The translations under genes and the position numbers were made by a program. The notes beneath the pieces were generated by a model. It was given only the letters and a program-made list of their open reading frames with translations. It had not been told where the DNA came from and did not search any database. A DNA stretch of 63,980 nucleotides, counting the filler, from Phoronis australis (lineage: Eukaryota; Animalia; Phoronida), in assembly GCA_002633005.1 (NCBI GenBank). It is 5 parts of 5 records of this genome, joined end to end, with 100 filler letters (N's around TTAATTAATTAA, not from the genome) between each part and the next. Parts side by side here need not be neighbours in the genome. Positions count along the whole stretch, not along the records: positions 1 to 13,122 come from NMRA01001603.1; 4 more parts are not named here. One strand, given 5' to 3'. Numbering within the stretch: the first letter of the stretch is position 1; each line of letters opens with the position of its first letter. Positions 1 to 11,620 of this stretch are shown here, one piece after another.

Positions 1-34
1 ACGCAGCTGATAGTCAGGGCTGACAATAACTTGG
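1..34 (+). CDS. NUP50: NUP50 penultimate coding exon (3' part, cut by window edge), RanBD1 domain
   Basis: Translates TQLIVRADNNLG (human NUP50 as recalled: TQLLVRADTNLG). G|GTAAGT donor at 34/35, phase 1. Confidence 0.9.
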
Positions 35-245
35 GTAAGTCACGCTATTTGATTTGGGATGTTGTGGGAACAGCTAAAAGTTGATATGAGCCCGTTTTCT
101 TCCTAATTAGGCTGTCTTCATCAAGGGCTTGGATAAACTAGCCTTTTACTCTTGCAAAATTGATTTCATAATTTTCTTTACTATGATAGGATTTCTTTTC
201 CAACTCAAATCACTGGCAATGTGTATGTGTGTCATTTTTGAACTG

Positions 246-425
246 GCATTTTAAGGGTTCGTCAACCCCAATATTAATCTACAATTTTAGGGTTGGTCAA
301 CCCCAAAACATTGCATTTTAAGGGTTCGTCAACCCCAATATTAATCTACAATTTTAGGGTTGGTCAACCCCAAAACATTGCAATTTAAGGGTTGGTCAAC
401 CCCAATATGAACTTACAATTTAATG
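246..425. repeat. Intronic minisatellite, 67-bp unit made of two ~33-bp AGGGTT..TCAACCCCAA subunits, about 2.6 copies
   Basis: gcattttaagggttcgtcaaccccaatattaatctac starts at 246 and 313; a third partial copy follows. Confidence 0.85.
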
Positions 426-737
426 CTTGGTCAGCCCGAATAAACTCTCCACAAAGATTTCTAAAAATTAATTAAATCGCGCTTGACAACACCATCTCTG
501 AAAAATAATTCAATCTCACGTGAGCAAAAATTTTGAGTCTGAGAATTTACACATAACTGCTAGTTAGTGAGTTAATTCCTAAAAATTATTTCTAGACTGT
601 GATGCACTCGGAATTACTTGACTAAACTTTCAATCAGAAATTATGAAGTGTGAGCGCATCACTGAATATCTGACTTAAGTCCATTTCACGAAACAGAGCC
701 TTAGTGGAATAAAAGACTATTGCAATGTACTTTACAG

Positions 738-931
738 GCACGATTCTTCTCAACATACTTCTGTCAGAAATGGTACCCACCAGTCGGCAGGGTAAAAACA
801 ACGTAATGATGGTTACAGTCCCCAACCCACCAATCAAAGGCATCGAAGGAGCCACGCCCATGTTGATCAGAGTGAAGACATCGGACGATGCAGACGAACT
901 TTTGGAGAAACTGAACGAGCACAAAGCTTGA
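738..931 (+). CDS. NUP50: NUP50 terminal coding exon (C-terminus of Ran-binding domain)
   Basis: TTTACAG acceptor at 731-737 in matching phase (G|GC = Gly). GTILLNILLSEMVPTSRQGKNNVMMVTVPNPPI..PMLIRVKTSDDADELLEKL* closely resembles the human NUP50 C-terminus (..GKNNVLIVCVPNPPI..MLIRVKTSEDADELHKILL). Confidence 0.92.
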
Positions 932-1247
932 ATGCACACATTTAAAAGTGTTATATTTGTTTACCGATATAAAATTTTAAAGCAAATTTTCCATCATATA
1001 GCTGTTAAATCTGGCGTGATAATTGTTATATTGGCAAACACAGAAGTGCTTAATTTTTTGTCAAAATATATATTTGTACAGTCACGGTGTAGTTTTGTTT
1101 CCTTTTGAAAACGAGGGCAATTTGTTAAAGCTCCTCTGTTAAAAATCACATGGTAACTCTTTACCCTATTTAGCACACAATATGGTGGACAAGTGAAATT
1201 TTGTTTTGTCAAAGTATTCCACAAGAAGAAGCTGAAGAAAATTTTGA

Positions 1248-2808
1248 CCTTTTAGTATGTGCCCACATATTTCAGGATCTTGATGAAATTGGCAGATGTG
1301 TTACTATGAAGCTGACAATGGCTGCCGACGAATTTCGGACCTATCGGATTACAGGTGTGTTCGCTAGTGGCAATTTTTATTTTTTACGTTTACCTCTGTA
1401 TCTTCGGAGATCTTCAACGGATGTTTGGCAGTTAGGCATCTATTAGTGAGATGATGCTATCTTCCTGTTTTTGGATGGATTCGAGGTATTTTGGGCCACA
1501 TGGTGGCCATTTTTACTGTTTTCAAGTCTGTTTTTGATGTCCATCTCTCTGTCGGCCAAACCACTCTAAGGATTGTGAAAATTGGCATATATGTTTTTTA
1601 CTGTGAAGGAGACAGCTGATAATGAGTTTCCGACAACTTCAAGTACTGTCGTGCCTCCTAGTGGCAGTTTTGTTTGTTTTGGCGCCCGTGGCTGAATCTC
1701 CTAAATGCTCTACAGAACTTTATTAAGTTGGAGCAAATGTTTTCATATAAAGTTGACTACTGGTGATGATTACTTTCGGATGGATCGGGCGACCGGTCTG
1801 TCCCGTAGGTGCAATTTTAGTTTTTTTACGTTTACCTCTGTATCTTCAAAGGTCCCCAATGGATTTCCATAAAATTTGGCAGATAGGCATCTATTAGTGA
1901 GGTAACGCTATCCATTCATGTTTGTATTTTTGTATTAATTCAAACTATTTTGTGCCACGTAGTGGCCGTTTTTATTGTTCTTGAGTCTGTTTTTGGCGTC
2001 TGCCTCTCTGTCAACCTAACCACTCTTAGGATGATTGTGGAAATTGGCATGTATGTTTCTACTGTGAAGAGGACGGGTGTCGAGGATTTTCCGACTGCCT
2101 CGACTACTGTGGCACCTCCTAGTGGCACTTTTGTTTTATTTATGCTCATGGCTGTATCTACCAAACTCCCTGCAGGACCTTTATTATATTTAGCAAGTGT
2201 ATTTATATGAAGTTGACAACGGAGGGCTATGACTTTCAGATGAATCCAACAAATGCTGTGCCCCCTAAGGGCAATTTAATTTTTTCTGTTTTCCTCTTTT
2301 TTTCTAATTCAAGTTCCTTGACGGATTTTTATGAAATATGGTAACTAAGTTTTCTATGGAAATGACATGTTCCTGTTTTCGGATGGATTTGATGTATTTT
2401 GTGTCGTCTAGTGGCCATATTTACTGTTTTGTAGTCTTTTTTTCGTCTGACCCTCTATCAATCAAATCACTCTAAGTATGATTGTGAAAATTGGTATATA
2501 TGTTCTTAGTGTGAAGCCGATGGTTGACGATTTTCCGACGACTTAGACCACTGTAGCGACTCCTTGTGGCGATTATGTTTTTGCACCCACAGCCCCCTAA
2601 TGGCAATTTAGTTTTTTCCGTTTTCCTCTGTTTTTCTTAAGTTCCTTGACGGATTTTTATGATATTTGGTAGTTTCTAAGCATTGATGCCATTTTTGGAT
2701 GGATTCGACTTAGTTTGCGCCATCTAGTGACCATTGATACAAATAAACACCCCTGGAAGCAGGGTGCCTTCATCGTGGGCACATTTCAATGCTCCACGTT
2801 GCTCTTGT
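1248..2808 (-). mobile_element. Helentron/DINE-like non-autonomous element with internal ~150-bp satellite subunits
   Basis: The minus strand starts ACAAGAGCAACGTGGAGCATTGAAATGTGCCCAC, shared with copies at ~33820, 59340 and 61379, and ends GTGGGCACATACTAAAA (subterminal inverted repeat). It is absent from the paralogous site at ~11420, and the insertion site is T-rich. Confidence 0.7.
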
Positions 2809-3235
2809 CAGTTTAGTTTCTGCTGTGTAGACGTTAAAAAATGTGGCAAGCTTCCAGTATTTGGACAATAGTTATAGGCCTTTAAAAATGGAAAAATATA
2901 CTTTTGGCAATTACTTTGAGAATTACCTTACACGATTATAGGTCTCGAGAGGTGAAAATCAGATAGAGCTCAGTGAACCTAACTTTTTAACCAAAGTCTT
3001 TCATATTGTGGCAAAACATTACATCATTTGTTGGCCATAGTAGGATTAGAAAACGGACAATCGCCGCACAAATAAAAAAGTTCATGGTAACTTAACGTTT
3101 GGTATATTCATAAAACATCCTGTTGTCCTGTACATATCCTGATGATGTCTTGAGTTAACATGAACTTGTGTGGCAAAACATGTTACCTACGTATTCCAGA
3201 ACAACCCATCATATTTTCAAAACATGCAGTTATCG

Positions 3236-3297
3236 AAAATACCCCCATAGGCGTACTTTTGGAATATTTTCCCAAAATACGTCTATGGGAGTATTTT
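3236..3297. repeat. Imperfect hairpin with ~27-bp arms
   Basis: aaaatacccccataggcgtacttttgg versus cccaaaatacgtctatgggagtatttt (near reverse complements). Confidence 0.75.
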
Positions 3298-3923
3298 TGG
3301 TTGGGCCTATTTTCGGAATTTCAATGATACCTTTGTCAAAACTCACAGAAACATTCTGATTAGAAAAAAAAGTCCAGCCTTTATTGTAAATTCACTGAAG
3401 CATTATCTATTTTTCGCAATTGAAGATTAAACTCTAATTGTCAAAAAACGTCAATAATTTAGTCGGTTTTCGTACATACAAAGATGATAAACTCTTAGAG
3501 GTTACCAGAAAAAAGGAATATCAGTCATCTGGATCGGAACATAAATATATGTATTTTCAAACTCCAAAATGTGACAAGGACCTCGGCTTCGTCGAGGGGT
3601 CTGAAAACCAACGCATTGATCTCTGTGAAAGTGTAAGGTATATTGATGATTTGTTATGGAGTACATTGTATATATGGACATAGATTAAATACTAGTATTT
3701 AAGCTATGAACAGGCATTCGTAATAAATCAATTCACCATCCTCAAGACAAACACATGTACATCAATACATTTCAACAATGTCGCAAATGACACTAGTTGT
3801 GTTGGGGGCAATCTCCAGGACCCTGCAACTGGGTGGCCTGAATATGCTGTCAAACTTCAACATGATAAGAGAACAACCTAGTCTTTTGTAAAGAGTTCTC
3901 TTTGTTAGAGCTCACAAGTCATC

Positions 3924-4040
3924 AGTGGCAGATTTGGGGGGGGGGCGTGGCCCCCCTAAAATTCTCCCAGATACCATTTGGGAGTTTGGGGTGCGCGCAT
4001 GTGACGAAATTCTGGTTATTCCTGTGCCCTGTCCCAACAA
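3924..4040. mobile_element. Small MITE (CAGTGGC(A/G)GAT...ATCCGCC termini), hAT-like
   Basis: cagtggcagattt...cctgaatccgcc with a G/C-run interior. Related ends occur at ~13280 and ~49290 (gatccgccactg). Confidence 0.5.
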
Positions 4041-4363
4041 CTCAAAATCCTGAATCCGCCAAAGCTAGGTCATAGACCCAATTATCACATGCCTTGGTCA
4101 ACGAAACAGAGACGATGACATCGTCTTTGGCTAATAATATTTATAACATTTCTTCGAAAAGAAAATAATCCTTCACAACTTTTCATGGGAAATTCGATTT
4201 CAGAAGCCAAACAGATCGAAAAATCACCACTTTTAGTCCAAAATAGTTTAATCTAGTTCAGACAATATTTTATTGCCCTGAAGTCATCGCTAATGCGGGA
4301 ATTGCCCTGTTTCACTCAATAAAAGAAAAATCAGTGTAACTTCTTAATATCGAAGGGTTCTGT

Positions 4364-6562
4364 CTACCGCACCTTGTGTACGCTCGGCCGAGTTATGGGC
4401 ATTGTTGCTGATGATAAATCTAAATATTGGTACACTTTTACACGACCTCTGTACTCTACTATCGACAATTGGCCCGGTTTGCTTATCGTGATGCCTCTTG
4501 GGCGAACGAGACCGTCTTCACTGTCAAGTAATTGGCCGAGATGCTTTCCAAAAGGAGAAAATATGTGTAAACTACCAGGCCCGGAAGAAGGACAGTCAAG
4601 AACAAGGATATGACCCCATGCGTCGCAGACAACGCCAGCGGGATACTCAAATGACACGTGCACGGGTTGTTGAAACGTAGAAACGACAGAAGCGGCATCT
4701 TTGTCTAAAACATGCAGCTTTTTCGAGATGCCGTCGGTACAAACAATGTTGCCATTAGGTGCAAATGCCACATAAAATGGCAGGAAGGAGTCCAAACCAA
4801 GAGATTTTTTGTCCGCTACGCTCTTTACAACTCCATTCATGTTCATAGTAACGAGCTTACTTCCTCCGGCTGTGACAATTCTTTGGTCATCACAATCAAT
4901 ACCTGCGGAGAAAAATGCTTTCTTCTGGACAATTCTTTCAAACTTGAAATTATCTTTGTAAACTGCAAAACCAGGGTAGTTACCAGTGATCAAAATGTGA
5001 CCACTGTCTGTGCACGTTACACCCATGGGTTGTCTCAACTTATCAATGGATCGTAGAAACTGGCCTTTCTCGTTGAATTCCTTCATTATTGCATTTTTCC
5101 TATCAATTACAAAGTAAGAATTCTGGAGAGAATTATACTGAATATCACTGCATGTTTGGAAAGTCTCGCCCTTCAAATTCGTGTCATAAGAAGCTAAAAA
5201 TTCAGCCTTAGATAATATGGTGATTGGCTGTTGGAGAGATGTTTTTGAGATGTTACAATGGGCGCGCTTTGTTTTCCCAGTTGACAATTCTCCAGTAGAA
5301 CTTGTAGGACTACTTGATTGTGTATTAAAACAGATTGGCCTTGGCTGCAAGTGGGGCTTAGCTGCCATTTTGAAAAGTTCTGCAGGCGGGATAGTAAACC
5401 AGGCATTTTTTACGTCTTGAGTTGATTTCTTTTCAGGCAATGATTCCTGGCTTTTTGTGTGCACGTCTGTGGGAAATTCCAGTTTCGTTTTCTTGGCTGA
5501 GAATTGCAAACTCATACACATAAAGTTATCAGGTACTTTGCCTGCTTCCAAGACGATGATGGGCATTTCATACAGAATGCAAGCAAACGCCTGCTCTTTA
5601 ATACTGCTCAGTTGTTGCTTGAGATCTTTGTATTGTTTCAGTTTCTCGATGGGGTTTCCAGCTTTCCATAAATACTTGGTGTACTCAATTGACGTTCTCA
5701 TTTTGTCTCTGTTTTGTGCAACACTTGCAAGTTTATCGCATGTTTCTTTGGACAGCTTTTCCCTTTTGTCCTCAACAGCTCGCAGAAGCTGCGCTTCTTC
5801 CTTGGCTATCGACTGTCGAACCTTTTGGAAATGCTCTGTGATTGTCTGAGTAGCCTTTTTTGTTTCATTTTCTATCATGGTGCTTTCTTGCTTTAATTTT
5901 GCCAAACATGACACGAAAAAATCTGACAGAGGCTTGACATCCTCTAATAACTTGGATATTTCGTGATCTGCACGAATAACGGCAGATTCGGGTTTAGAAA
6001 CCGTGTGACTGCTGTGTCCAAATGCTTTGCACAAAAGACATATTGGTATTTTACACAACTCACAGAACATTTCCAATTCCTTAGTTGCGTGAATTTGGCA
6101 CGTCTTCTTTGAGCGCATCTCTTCGACGTAATTACCAGTTGATACGTCCTTCAGTTTCACGACTTTGTGGTTGATTGTTTGACGTGTCTTAGTGTGTCCC
6201 TCCGCACATATGGAACACAGCTTGTCCAGACATTGTATACACATAGACGTAGCCATAGTTTCTCGAGATCTAAGGGCACATAAGTCACACATTACGTCAC
6301 CGTCTGCTGGGAAACAATGAATCAGGCTATTGATGAAAAGGATGTCTTTAAACCCCGCAACCCCATTCGACGGAATAGTAGTGGTTTTATTGCACAGCGG
6401 ACACCGGAATGTGCCATTTTTCTTCGTAGTGGTTACGTGATCATTAATGCACTTTTCACAAAACGTGTGAGAACATGGCAGTGCCTTGGGCTTGTTGAAA
6501 AGTGAAAGACAAATAGAGCACGACAAGTCCTCGTTACTGTCTTCCATTTCTTTTGTAGCCAT
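4364..6562 (-). CDS. TRIM family E3 ligase: RING, B-box1, B-box2, coiled coil, NHL-like beta-propeller; no filamin domain seen (TRIM56/TRIM2-3-like); single coding exon, about 732 aa
   Basis: C3HC4 RING CSIC..LPCSHTFCEKC..CPLC, B-box1 CDLC..CIQC..LCSICAEGH, B-box2 CQIH..FCELCKIPICLLC..H..H, and NHL-type motifs (QPMGV, YPAGVVCD.WGHILV.D, RPRGI). A TTGCAG acceptor ending at 6573 precedes a Kozak GCCATGG at 6562, so the ATG at 6583 is probably intronic. AATAAA on - at 4269-4274. Confidence 0.93.
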   Translation of the reverse strand: MATKEMEDSNEDLSCSICLSLFNKPKALPCSHTFCEKCINDHVTTTKKNGTFRCPLCNKTTTIPSNGVAGFKDILFINSLIHCFPADGDVMCDLCALRSRETMATSMCIQCLDKLCSICAEGHTKTRQTINHKVVKLKDVSTGNYVEEMRSKKTCQIHATKELEMFCELCKIPICLLCKAFGHSSHTVSKPESAVIRADHEISKLLEDVKPLSDFFVSCLAKLKQESTMIENETKKATQTITEHFQKVRQSIAKEEAQLLRAVEDKREKLSKETCDKLASVAQNRDKMRTSIEYTKYLWKAGNPIEKLKQYKDLKQQLSSIKEQAFACILYEMPIIVLEAGKVPDNFMCMSLQFSAKKTKLEFPTDVHTKSQESLPEKKSTQDVKNAWFTIPPAELFKMAAKPHLQPRPICFNTQSSSPTSSTGELSTGKTKRAHCNISKTSLQQPITILSKAEFLASYDTNLKGETFQTCSDIQYNSLQNSYFVIDRKNAIMKEFNEKGQFLRSIDKLRQPMGVTCTDSGHILITGNYPGFAVYKDNFKFERIVQKKAFFSAGIDCDDQRIVTAGGSKLVTMNMNGVVKSVADKKSLGLDSFLPFYVAFAPNGNIVCTDGISKKLHVLDKDAASVVSTFQQPVHVSFEYPAGVVCDAWGHILVLDCPSSGPGSLHIFSPFGKHLGQLLDSEDGLVRPRGITISKPGQLSIVEYRGRVKVYQYLDLSSATMPITRPSVHKVR

Positions 6563-9249
6563 GGCAACATATCTGCAATACATGAATAAATATAGGAGTA
6601 CAATTATATTAAAATGATTTATTATCGTAATTGAAAATTATGCAATGTACCTTTAAAAACAAAAGCTTCGTTTGTCAATATACTTGCAACATTATGAGGA
6701 CTCACTTGACGTACGTCAGGCTTGTCAAACATGGCCAGAGAAAACTAAGCAACACTAAACGTCCATTCATCATGTGGTTGTTAGTTGGCAATGAAGTATC
6801 TCTGATACACAATAACGCCGAAAACTTGTTTGGGTTAAGGATTACAGGTTATCTGTTATTCAAAAAGCATCTCTAGTAAATTCTTTTCGAAATTGTTTTA
6901 GCATAACCTTTGACAATTGGAGTATATTTTTCAAGTTCTAATCAAATGGAATTACGCAATAATAACAAACACAACATGCCATAAGTACAGTGCTCTCGCA
7001 TGGGTATTTCCTATTTAAGAAATAGTTTACCCAAGCTAGACAAGTATTGAGAAATAATTAGCATCCTACGAATTCAGTCGACGAGCCGTTGGACTAAGAT
7101 ATCGGGTAAAAAAACCTAAGTGGTCGCCCAAAATTATTAAAATTTGAATTTCTTTTGAGAACTCCTTATACCACAGTGTTTCTGGAATTTATTATACTTT
7201 GGGCCAATGGCGTTATGTATAAATTCTCGCATATTGGACATTCTTATCTCAGGCTCCGAATGATATGCCCAGGTGCACTGTGCACAACATTCTGATCCAT
7301 TCCAATACAAATAGGGCGCAGCTGAGATTCCGCTGTTAAATAAATGCTCAAAATCCTTTCGAAAGCATAATAATTTGATTTTACGATGTCAGGTTTAGAT
7401 TGTGACAACTTAAATGACATTTCCCGGTGTACTGATTTTCTTATTTTGGTATTTTGTTGGAAATGGAAAATAAGTTTATGTCATGGGGATAAACTGAGAC
7501 CAGAAGTTTCTATTTTAATAAATTCAAAATTGTCGTTTGAATGAAGTCACACCTAATGTTTACACTTGGGTAGTTGTCTATTGTTTAGTATGACGTAATA
7601 GTCAGACTTGATGTCGCGCTTTACTACCAAAAGTCAAACTTATAAAAATGAATGAAAAATCAACCTTTTAAACTAAAGAGTCTGTTATGTCCGCCAATCG
7701 TAGTAAAGCATAAGCTAAGCAGGGTATTGTTGCATTCGAGTCGATTGATCAAAAGTGCCGTTTTCTCCACTGGCATGGGGAGAATTTCTTTCCATACCTA
7801 CCTATCCATTGTACTCCTAATGGCTATGGTGGTGTGTTCTCTGACATGTTGGAACCGCATGAAGAGAAATTCGATTGATCAAAAGACATTCCAATAATAA
7901 GGAACATTAAATGCTATGTGCTCACGACAACTTAAAACGTACCGTTAGCGAATGGAACAATGGTATTTTCCCAAACAAATAAAAATGAAAGGAGGTTCGA
8001 TGATATCGGAATTCTTTTGCTATTCTTCAGCCTCTGGTACGCACTGTTTTCTGTCATCGACCATCTGGGATAGATTATCGTTGATCAGGTATCGCTCAGG
8101 CTTAAATCGATATTTTCTCTTTGTGAACTAGCGTTATATTCATCATCGAGCCCCCTTTTTATTATCGCTGACTTTCTTAGAAAAGAAAAACACTCGATAT
8201 GTCATATTTTACAACACAGGTTCCCTCTATAGCCCCAGTTCACCGAACATAAGCCAGGCTTCATATTTAGGGTACTAGGAAAGAATATGCCATTTTCTGA
8301 ATGTACTCCCTGGGACAAAAAATCTCGGTGCAATATACAAAGGTCACGGATGTTTTATTGAATTGAAACAGGTCTAAAGTGTAATTGTACTTGTTAGCTG
8401 GATGTCGCTGGTCCGTGTCGAAGTCTACTTGATCCAACACGTTTCCGCCCAGTTCTGTGTGTTATGACTCCAATGGACTGTATAAAAACAAAGTAGACCC
8501 ACTGACTTGACTTCACGAACGTAAGGCGGGAGAAAATTAAAAATTGTTGGCGATTCATATATGTATGGTGCGAATGTCGAAAGACACTTGCCACTTTGCG
8601 CAAAGGACCAGATAGTGATTTTCGACCCATGTCTGATTCTTAATTACTCATTACCACTTTACCTATGCAGTATATTCAATGGCCCCTTATACACAGACCG
8701 GAACCGACTATGTTTTTTGGCCTTAAATAAATCTCAGTGGTATTTACCAGTGTACACGTATTTTCTTCTGCGTTCAACGACTTAAACCAATAATGTAACA
8801 TCTTCAACAGTCTCTGCGTTGTCAAGCTGTAGTAACTCTTTCTGCTTTACCAAAATGTTAGGAGCTGGTGGTTATCAAAACCTTAATGGATTTCGGGTCC
8901 CCATATGTAAGCCAGACAACGTTCTGTAATGCGCTATGCAATCCCGCAGCCAAACCCGGCTTCATCCGAAGTGTTGATGGATAACCTTCAGAAATGATTT
9001 GCTACACTGAGTCGTGCGTCTTGGGCTTACCTGTAATATGGTCATAATACACACATTCATTGACGCTCCAAAAATTTCCAGAAACCACTTGGGTGCCTTC
9101 CGTCCAAGCACTGAATATCTTAAATACTTCTTTTTCAGATGAAATATCACGTGACAAGCGATCGATTACGCAATTCTAAGCTTGTCAGTGGTTGAGGCGT
9201 AGGGTTTTACACTTTAGCACGTTAATCTAGGGCAGAATGTATTATACAA

Positions 9250-10500
9250 CGCGAAGTTTTCAAAGGACTTTTTAGAAAACGAAATGAAAAGTTACACGAC
9301 AGTCTGCAAGAATTCAGTGACGTGGAAGATGAAATACACCTAAGTACTTACGTACAAGAATTTGAACAACTTAAAAAAGGGAATATATAGAGGGAGTGAT
9401 TGTGAGAAGCAAAGCAAGATGGATTGATGATGGGGATAAACCGACAAAATTTTTATGTAATCTGAAAAAAATAAATTATTTACAGGTTACTATCGTCAAA
9501 GTTACTTAAAACATAACGACCAAATTACTTCTCAGCAGAGAATACTTGATTAAATAGACATTTTTTTTATCGTTCACTACACTCGTCTCAAGACAGTGGG
9601 TTGGCAATCATCGAATTTTTGGCCTGATTTATCAACTTTTTTAGTCCGATCATATCAATGCATCTTGTAGAAAGACAATGTCTCGTCCACACAGTTGCAG
9701 GGGGTTACAAAATTTGTGCTGATAGGTAACAAACCTCGAGAATTTTTGAAAAAACTGGAGACTGATAACACTATTGAATACTGGTTTATCAGATTTTGTC
9801 TGCGTGCATTGTCTTGACAAATAGAAAACCAAGATATTCCTTGCTGGTACGCGTAGATGTATTGGTGAAAATATGTGTAACTATATTATAATTTGCCAAA
9901 TGGGTGAATGTTAGGCCTTTAAATTACGTACGTAAATTAATTCTTGTTAGAAGCGTCAAGTAACTGTTTAGACTCGTAAAGTAATTATTTGCTATGTAAA
10001 GTAACTTTCAACGGCGTAAAGTAATTATTTTATTTGAGGCGTTAAGCAATTATTTGTGGCGTAAAGTAATTATTTGCGGCGTAAATTACGCAACAGGTAA
10101 TTACTTTTACAACAATTAACTTACACACGTAATTTAACGGCGTAACGTTCACCCATTTGGCCACCGAGTACATGATGTCCTACATTTCTCTAAAGAAGAC
10201 AGTATTCCTGGCATGCTAATGCTCGCCGACTTAAAAAAAGCTTTTAATATGTTTTATCGTTCTTCAACTTCGGCGGTGATGTAATTCAGTAAGTAAAAAT
10301 CTTAAATTCTGGTTTCAACCGCCAACGTCTGTGTAATACGAAGCAGATTATTTTCTGTTTTTCCTGATCGGCGAAGTTGTCACCTTAACTAATTTTGATA
10401 TGTGCAGAAATACTTGGTTTTATGGTTAGGAATAATAGAACAAGGGCATGACATTGATAACTTGGAATTGAAGATTATTCAATATTCTGACGACACGCGT
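9250..10500 (+). mobile_element. Degenerate L1/Tx1-clade LINE ORF2 (RT) fragments
   Basis: IEGVIVRSKARWIDDGDKPTKFLCNL (~9390-9465), GMLMLADLKKAF (~10210), FNFG..IQ*VKIL, AEILG, and LKIIQYSDDT (YADD motif, ~10470-10497), in the expected order with stops and frameshifts. Confidence 0.85.
9895..10161. mobile_element. MITE with ~35-bp TIRs and internal GCGTAAAGTAATTATTT repeats, inserted in the LINE
   Basis: gccaaatgggtgaatgttaggcctttaaattacgt versus acgtaatttaacggcgtaacgttcacccatttggc. Confidence 0.8.
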
Positions 10501-10524
10501 ACGTGTCATATTCGAATTCGCAGT

Positions 10525-11620
10525 TCTAGGGTAGGCCAACCCAAATCAACTGGCAATCACAGGGTTGGTGAACATTTTTTCACTAAACTCCACACAAAAA
10601 TTTCACGTGAGCAACACTATTTCTGAAAATTTATCAAATCTCATGTGAGCAAACGTCTCAAATCTCTCAGAATATACACGTAGCTGATATTTACCGAGAT
10701 ATGGTCTATAAGTCATTTCTAGATTGTGATGTGTTCACAAGTACCCTTCCCAGTAATTGTATGGTGTGAGTGTAAGACAGAATACCAATCTTAAGCACGG
10801 GCGGCGCAGCACTGAAAAAAGTGGGGGCTATGGGCCCCCAGCTCCCTATGGTGCGCCGTCCATGGTCTTAAATCCCTTAAATTCACCAAACAGAGCGCTA
10901 GCCATGTGCGACTATCTCAATGTCCTTTTCTTTTCAGCGTACTTCTGTCAGAAATGTTGCCCAGCAGTCGGCAGGGTAAAAACGTGATGATGGTTACAGT
11001 CCCCAACCCACCAATCAAAGGCATCGAAGGAGCCACGCCCATATTGATCAGAGTGAAGACATCGGACGATGCAGATGAACTTTTGGAGAAACTGAACGAG
11101 CACAAAGCTTAATGCACACATTTAAAAGTGTTATATTTGTTTACCAATATAAAATTTTAAAGCAAATTTTCCATCATACAGCTGTTAAATCTGGCGAGAT
11201 AATTGTTATATTGGCAAACAAAGAAGAGCTTAATTTTTTGTCAAAATATATAGTTGTACAGTCAGGGTGCAGTTTTGTTTCCTTTTGAAAACGAGGGCAA
11301 TTTGTTAAAGCTCCTCTGTTAAAAATCACATGGTAACTCTTTACCCAATTTAACACACAATATGGTGGACAAGTGAAATTTTGTTTTGTCAAAATATTCC
11401 ACAAGAAGAAGCTGAAGAAAATGTTTTCTTAGTTTGGTTTGTACTGTGTAAATGTTAAAACATTTGGTGAGCTTCTAATATTTGGACCAAAGAAATCAGC
11501 CTGTAAAAATGGAAAAATATATTTGTGCCAATTACTTTTGGGCGAAAAAAGTGAAGAATTATCTTACACCATTATTCAACGCTTGAGAGGTGAAAATCAG
11601 ATACAGCATTGATGAACCTT
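10525..11620 (+). pseudogene. NUP50: Genomic duplicate of the NUP50 last intron end, terminal exon (~10938-11112) and 3' flank
   Basis: Near-identical exon and 3'UTR sequence to 738-1245, continuing into a match to ~2810-2985. An 11-nt deletion removes the original acceptor, and one Asn codon is lost. Confidence 0.85.
10796..10864. mobile_element. 69-bp MITE (CAYGG(G/A)CGGCGCA TIR) present only in the duplicated NUP50 intron
   Basis: cacgggcggcgca...tgcgccgtccatg flanked by tcttaa on both sides. The same family occurs at ~37518-37662. Confidence 0.7.

Noticed and set aside
4374-6505. Plus-strand ORFs overlapping the TRIM gene
   Set aside because: Antisense shadows of a real CDS.
6563-6583. 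ATG at 6583 as the TRIM start
   Set aside because: It lies upstream of a good splice acceptor, and the ATG at 6562 has a Kozak context.
8085-8115. FKPERYL on - as a cytochrome P450 PERF motif
   Set aside because: No ExxR or heme-binding motif nearby and an early stop; likely chance.
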